Source: an uncultured bacterium
GTDB taxonomy: Bacteria > Planctomycetota > UBA1135 > GCA-002686595
NCBI GenBank assembly: GCA_938030175.1
Contig: CALHGQ010000188.1
Span: 1-52,296 of the forward strand
DNA: 52,296 nt
Direction of reading: 5' to 3'
Made by a program: the position numbers and the translations under genes. Shown in pieces: positions 48,223 through 52,296 of this stretch (its first letter is position 1; every line of letters begins with the position of its first letter). The notes beneath the pieces are model-generated. The model ran no database searches. It saw nothing but the letters and a program-made list of their open reading frames with translations, and was not told the DNA's origin.

Positions 48223-49527
48223 TCAGCGCTTTTCGTTCCTGGCAGGCGCAGGCGGGTCCAAATAGCGCGTTCCCTTGAGCGAAGGTGGCAAACACTCCAT
48301 CTCCGCTTGGGCGCCAGGATCGTCGTGTGCGTAACGGTATCCCTTGCCGAAACCGGCCTCTTTCATGAGGCGCGTCGGCGCGTTTCGCAGATGCAACGGC
48401 ACCGATTCGTTCGCGGTTCTTTGCACATCTTCACGTGCAAGGGCTAGGCCTTTGTAGATCGCGTTGCTCTTCGGTGCGCGCGCGAGATAGACCACCGCTT
48501 GCGCCAGCGCGAGGTCTCCCTCGGGCACTCCGAGGCGGTCGAACGCCTCCGCCGCGTCCAGTGAGATGCGCAGCGCAAAGGGGTCGGCGAGGCCGATGTC
48601 CTCGGAGGCGATGCGTACGATCCGTCGGGACAAGTAGCGTCGATCCTCACCGCCCTCCAACATCCTTGCGAGCCAGTAGAGCGCGGCGTTCTCATCCGAG
48701 TTACGCACGCTCTTGTGCAGCGCGCTGATGAGGTCATAGTGCTGCTCGCCGGACTTGTCGTAACGCACCTGCTTGCGCTGCAGCGCCTCGCTCAGGGCAT
48801 CGTCATCCACTTTGCCGCCCGCGAGTGAAACCGCCGCCACCGTCTCAAGCAGCGTCAGCGAGCGCCGCGCGTCCCCGTCGCTGGAATGGGCGATCCGCTT
48901 GACCTGATCGTCCGTCAGCTCAATGCGGCCCGCAAGGCCCTGTTCAGCGACGAGCGCATGCCGTAGGAGCCGCTCGATGTCCTCGACGTCGAGCGGCTCA
49001 AGGATGAGCGTTCGACAGCGGGAAAGGAGGGCCGCGTTGAGCTCGAACGAAGGATTCTCGGTCGTGGCACCGATCAAAAGGACATCCCCACGCTCCACAA
49101 AGGGCAGGAACGCGTCCTGCTGGGCCTTGTTGAAGCGGTGGATCTCATCCACGAAGAGCAGCGTCCGTTCACCCGTTCGCGCTCGAATCGTGCGCGCGTC
49201 GGCCATCACGATGCGCATCTCCTTGACCCCGGAAAGGACGGCGGAGAACGGCACGAATCGCGCGCTGCTGGCGCGGGCCACCAAACGCGCGAGGGTGGTC
49301 TTTCCTACCCCGGGGGGACCCCAAAGAATGAGGCTCTGGGTCACGTCCCCGTCGAGAATGCGCTGGAGCAGCTTGCCCTCCCCTAAGAGATGCGCCTGCC
49401 CGAATACGTCCCCGGGCTCCGTCGGGCGCATGCGTTCGGCCAAGGGCGCATCCGCCGCTGCGGGCGCGAGGTCCGAGGCGCCGGGGGCCTCGTCGGGACC
49501 GTCTGATCCGAAGAGGTTAGCGCCCAT
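48223..49527 (-). CDS. rarA: Replication-associated recombination protein A (RarA/MgsA)
   Basis: PLAERMRP; WGPPGVGKTT; DEIHRFNKAQQD; GATTENP; HYDLISALHKS; ASEDIG; KSN; GYRYAHD. Confidence 0.95.
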   Translation of the reverse strand: MGANLFGSDGPDEAPGASDLAPAAADAPLAERMRPTEPGDVFGQAHLLGEGKLLQRILDGDVTQSLILWGPPGVGKTTLARLVARASSARFVPFSAVLSGVKEMRIVMADARTIRARTGERTLLFVDEIHRFNKAQQDAFLPFVERGDVLLIGATTENPSFELNAALLSRCRTLILEPLDVEDIERLLRHALVAEQGLAGRIELTDDQVKRIAHSSDGDARRSLTLLETVAAVSLAGGKVDDDALSEALQRKQVRYDKSGEQHYDLISALHKSVRNSDENAALYWLARMLEGGEDRRYLSRRIVRIASEDIGLADPFALRISLDAAEAFDRLGVPEGDLALAQAVVYLARAPKSNAIYKGLALAREDVQRTANESVPLHLRNAPTRLMKEAGFGKGYRYAHDDPGAQAEMECLPPSLKGTRYLDPPAPARNEKR

Positions 49528-50311
49528 GCTCAGCTCCACCCGAAGCAGCGTAGAGAAGCAACGCCCCCGCGACCGTCACGTTGAGCGACTCCACTTCCCC
49601 CCGCATCGGGATCGTGACTCCCTTGCACGCCTGTAGCTCGTCCGGAACCTCCCCGGTTTCCGAGGTCATCCACAAAGCCGTTCGGGGCGTGAACGGGTGC
49701 GCGTGGAGATCCTTCCCGCCGCGGGTCGCCGCCACGCACTGCTCGACACCCAGCGAGCTCAGCGCACTCACGGCGTCGGCGAGGTCCGAGGCCTCCACCA
49801 CCGGCACGCGGAAGAGACTCCCCATGGACCCTCGCAGCGCTTTAGGGCCAAAGGGTCGCGCGCCACCGGACGCGACCACCACGCAAGCGGCCCCGGCAGC
49901 CTCGGCCACCCGGACCAGCGCCCCGAGGTTCCCCGGGTCGGCGATTCCTGCCACGCCTAGGACGAGGGCCGGCCCTTCGCCGAGCAGCGCCACCAGATCA
50001 CCGAGCCCCAAGGCCTGTGGAACCTGAAAGATACCTGCGAACCCAGGCGCGGTTTTGAGCGCCCCGAGGCCGTCCATGAGCCCAGCGGCGCACCCACGGA
50101 CGTCTAGGCTTGGATCGAGGTCACGGACGCTCGGCATCTGGTCCTCCGCCACCAGGAGCAACTCCGGAACGTGCCCCGCCGCCAATGCGTCGCGAATGAG
50201 ACGCTCGCCCTCGACGAGTACGAGCCCTTCCTCCTTTCCGCGCCCCACGCTTCGGGCTCGCTTCAGGACGGAGTTGGTGCGAGAGCGGATGACTTCGGCT
50301 TGGCGGTCCAC
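49517..50311 (-). CDS. TrmH/SpoU-family RNA 2'-O-methyltransferase
   Basis: VEGERL; DPGNLGALVR; RGSMGS; IPMRGEVESLNV. GTG start at 50311 chosen from the -10 spacing and to avoid overlap with rsgA. Confidence 0.9.
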   Translation of the reverse strand: MDRQAEVIRSRTNSVLKRARSVGRGKEEGLVLVEGERLIRDALAAGHVPELLLVAEDQMPSVRDLDPSLDVRGCAAGLMDGLGALKTAPGFAGIFQVPQALGLGDLVALLGEGPALVLGVAGIADPGNLGALVRVAEAAGAACVVVASGGARPFGPKALRGSMGSLFRVPVVEASDLADAVSALSSLGVEQCVAATRGGKDLHAHPFTPRTALWMTSETGEVPDELQACKGVTIPMRGEVESLNVTVAGALLLYAASGGAEHGR

Positions 50312-50342
50312 ACCGCACAGGATACGGACTACTGTGTGGGCG

Positions 50343-51353
50343 ATGTCGATAGGAGATGAGAACGAGCTGGTCTTGGGGCGAGTGGTGCGCGTAGACGCGA
50401 AAGTGGTCCACGTGGACGTGCCAGACCCGATTGCGAGCTTTGGCGAGCCTGAAACGCCGATCGAGACGATCCTCGCGGCGCCCCGCGGCTCGCTGTTCGA
50501 GTCGCTCGACGGCAAGAAAAACCCGATCTCCGTCGGGGACCTCGTGCGGGTGAACCCGTCCACCGACCCCGCGAGCGTCGAGGAGGTCCTGCCGCGCCGG
50601 AACTACCTCGGGCGCGTCGCCTCCTCCCACGATCCGCGCGAGCAAGTGCTGGTGGCCAACGTCGACCAGCTGTTCATGGTGGGCGCCCTCAAGAACCCCG
50701 GCTTCTCCAGCAATCGAACGGACAGGATCCTCGCCGCGTGCCGCTGGCATGAGATCCCCGCGATCATCGTGTTCAACAAGGCAGACCTCGACAAGAAGGG
50801 CGCCCTCATGGAGAAGTACCGTGAGACGTACGCGGGCGTCCCCGACCTGGAGATCCTCGTCACGTCGGCCGTCGATGGTCGGGGTATCGACGAGCTCACG
50901 GAGCGCCTCAAGGGCCGCGTCTCCGTGCTCTACGGTCCAAGCGGCGCAGGCAAGTCGAGCCTTTTGAACGCCATTCAGCCCGGGCTCAAGATCAAGGAAG
51001 GCAAGATCAGTTCGTACTGGAATCAGGGCAAGCACACAACCACTTACTCGCGCCTCCATCGGATGGAGCTAGGCGGCTACGTCGTCGACACGCCGGGGAT
51101 CCGGGTCTTCCGCCCCCACGGACTGACGCGCAGCCACGTGCGCGACCTCTTCCCTGACTTTGCCGAGCATCAGCGCAACTGCGAGTACGCGAACTGCACC
51201 CACGATCACGAACCGGGCTGCGCCGTGGCGGACGCGTCCGAGGCGGGGCTCATCCCCGACACGCGCTACGCGAGCTACCTCAACTTGCTCGACGAAGTGG
51301 ATCCCGACGCCGCGTACGATCCGGACGAAGAGCCCGATCTCGGGCTCGTCTAG
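50343..51353 (+). CDS. rsgA: Ribosome small subunit-dependent GTPase A
   Basis: OB domain; ANVDQ; NKAD; GPSGAGKSS; GKHTTT; DTPG; Zn site CEYANCTHDHEPGC. Confidence 0.95.
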   Translation: MSIGDENELVLGRVVRVDAKVVHVDVPDPIASFGEPETPIETILAAPRGSLFESLDGKKNPISVGDLVRVNPSTDPASVEEVLPRRNYLGRVASSHDPREQVLVANVDQLFMVGALKNPGFSSNRTDRILAACRWHEIPAIIVFNKADLDKKGALMEKYRETYAGVPDLEILVTSAVDGRGIDELTERLKGRVSVLYGPSGAGKSSLLNAIQPGLKIKEGKISSYWNQGKHTTTYSRLHRMELGGYVVDTPGIRVFRPHGLTRSHVRDLFPDFAEHQRNCEYANCTHDHEPGCAVADASEAGLIPDTRYASYLNLLDEVDPDAAYDPDEEPDLGLV

Positions 51354-51748
51354 AGGAGCCAGCAAGCGGCTACGACAACGGCCGCACACGCCCAGGCCCG
51401 CGCGCCGTGGCGGAGGAGCCACTGGCCGAGATCGACCCGACGTCGATGGCACGCGGCAAAGAGCGGAACGCAAAGTGCCGCCGCGACGCCTAAGAGGACG
51501 CCGAGTGGCTGCGTATGCCACGCCGCACGGAGCTCGCCGTGCGCGAGGTGACTCGCGGAGGTCGTCACACCGCAGGTTGGGCACGGCCCGTCGAGCCAGT
51601 CGCGAAAGAGGCACGCGCCAAACCCTAGCTGTTCATGGGTCCCGTAGCCGCGCGGATCTGGCGTTGTGAGGAACGCGAGCGCGCAGTACACAAGCAGCAG
51701 AACCCAGGGCGCTGCTAAGACAAGGTAGTGGGACCGCGACATGCCCAT
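51350..51748 (-). CDS. DUF2752-like membrane protein
   Basis: GTHEQLG..C.F....GPCPTCGVTTS motif between TM helices. Confidence 0.8.
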   Translation of the reverse strand: MGMSRSHYLVLAAPWVLLLVYCALAFLTTPDPRGYGTHEQLGFGACLFRDWLDGPCPTCGVTTSASHLAHGELRAAWHTQPLGVLLGVAAALCVPLFAACHRRRVDLGQWLLRHGARAWACAAVVVAACWLL

Positions 51749-51800
51749 GGAGCATACCGCGGGGCGCGAGAGGTCGCTGGCTCAGGTTCGCGTCAACGGC

Positions 51801-52295
51801 CTAGTTGAAGTCGTAGACGTACGACAGGCGCGCCTTGTTCACGATCGCGTACGGCATGTTGACGATCTGCTTGAGCTCGTCGTCATCGCGGTGGTTGAAG
51901 CCGCGCAGTTCGGGCTCGCGCATCACGAAGAACCGGCGCGTGCCGGAGTCGGTGCATTCGTAGGCGCCCGGGCGAATCATGCCTGCGAGTTCCACGTTCA
52001 GGTTGCCCGTATAGAAGACGCGGACCTTGTCGAGATCGGGCTCCTTCGCGAGCTCCGCAAGGGGCATATCGCCCGCCTCGTCGAGGTATTCGTGGGCGAC
52101 GAGCACCTCATCCACATTCATGTGAAGAAGTGGCGTCTGGATCTGATCTCGGCTGCCGAGGTCGATCAGCGTGCAGTCGCGTACGCGCAGAAAAGTCTTC
52201 CGGTGCTCGTCGAGGAGCTTGGAGAGCCGCGTGTACTTGTTTTCTACGTTCCCTTTGATCAGGAAAGCGTCCGTGAGGAATAGGTCGGAGCGAAT
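51801..52295 (-). CDS. Hypothetical protein, 5' end outside the window
   Basis: The frame is open from the window edge (IRSDLFLTDAFLIKGNVENKYTRLSKLLDE...) through ORF 51801..52121. Confidence 0.7.
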   Translation of the reverse strand: MRSDLFLTDAFLIKGNVENKYTRLSKLLDEHRKTFLRVRDCTLIDLGSRDQIQTPLLHMNVDEVLVAHEYLDEAGDMPLAELAKEPDLDKVRVFYTGNLNVELAGMIRPGAYECTDSGTRRFFVMREPELRGFNHRDDDELKQIVNMPYAIVNKARLSYVYDFN

Positions 52296-52296
52296 C

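Overview
GC-rich bacterial chromosomal window, most likely from a Planctomycetota genome (DUF1501 plus planctomycete cytochrome c/PSD1 gene pair, two Cys-type sulfatases, FG-GAP protein). About 36 densely packed CDSs are supported. Housekeeping genes: leucine dehydrogenase, dinG, prmA, tatD, RluA-family synthase, rpsU, recD2, rarA, TrmH-family methylase, rsgA. The rest are mostly secreted hydrolases, a 2,125-aa alpha-2-macroglobulin-like protein, signalling genes and ABC components. No rRNA, tRNA, CRISPR array or mobile element was seen. Main observations: (1) a lipoprotein peroxiredoxin-like gene split by an in-frame UGA that gives a UxxC motif and is followed by a SECIS-like hairpin, i.e. 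a probable selenoprotein; (2) at least 10 genes with a TAnnnT -10 box exactly 6-7 nt before the start codon, implying widespread leaderless mRNAs; (3) a COG0731-like radical-SAM homologue lacking CxxxCxxC, coupled to an ABC ATPase; (4) a pentapeptide-repeat K+ channel paired with a stand-alone HDOD protein; (5) a DinG with an apparently dead exonuclease domain. Family assignments come from motif recognition by eye, not database searches.
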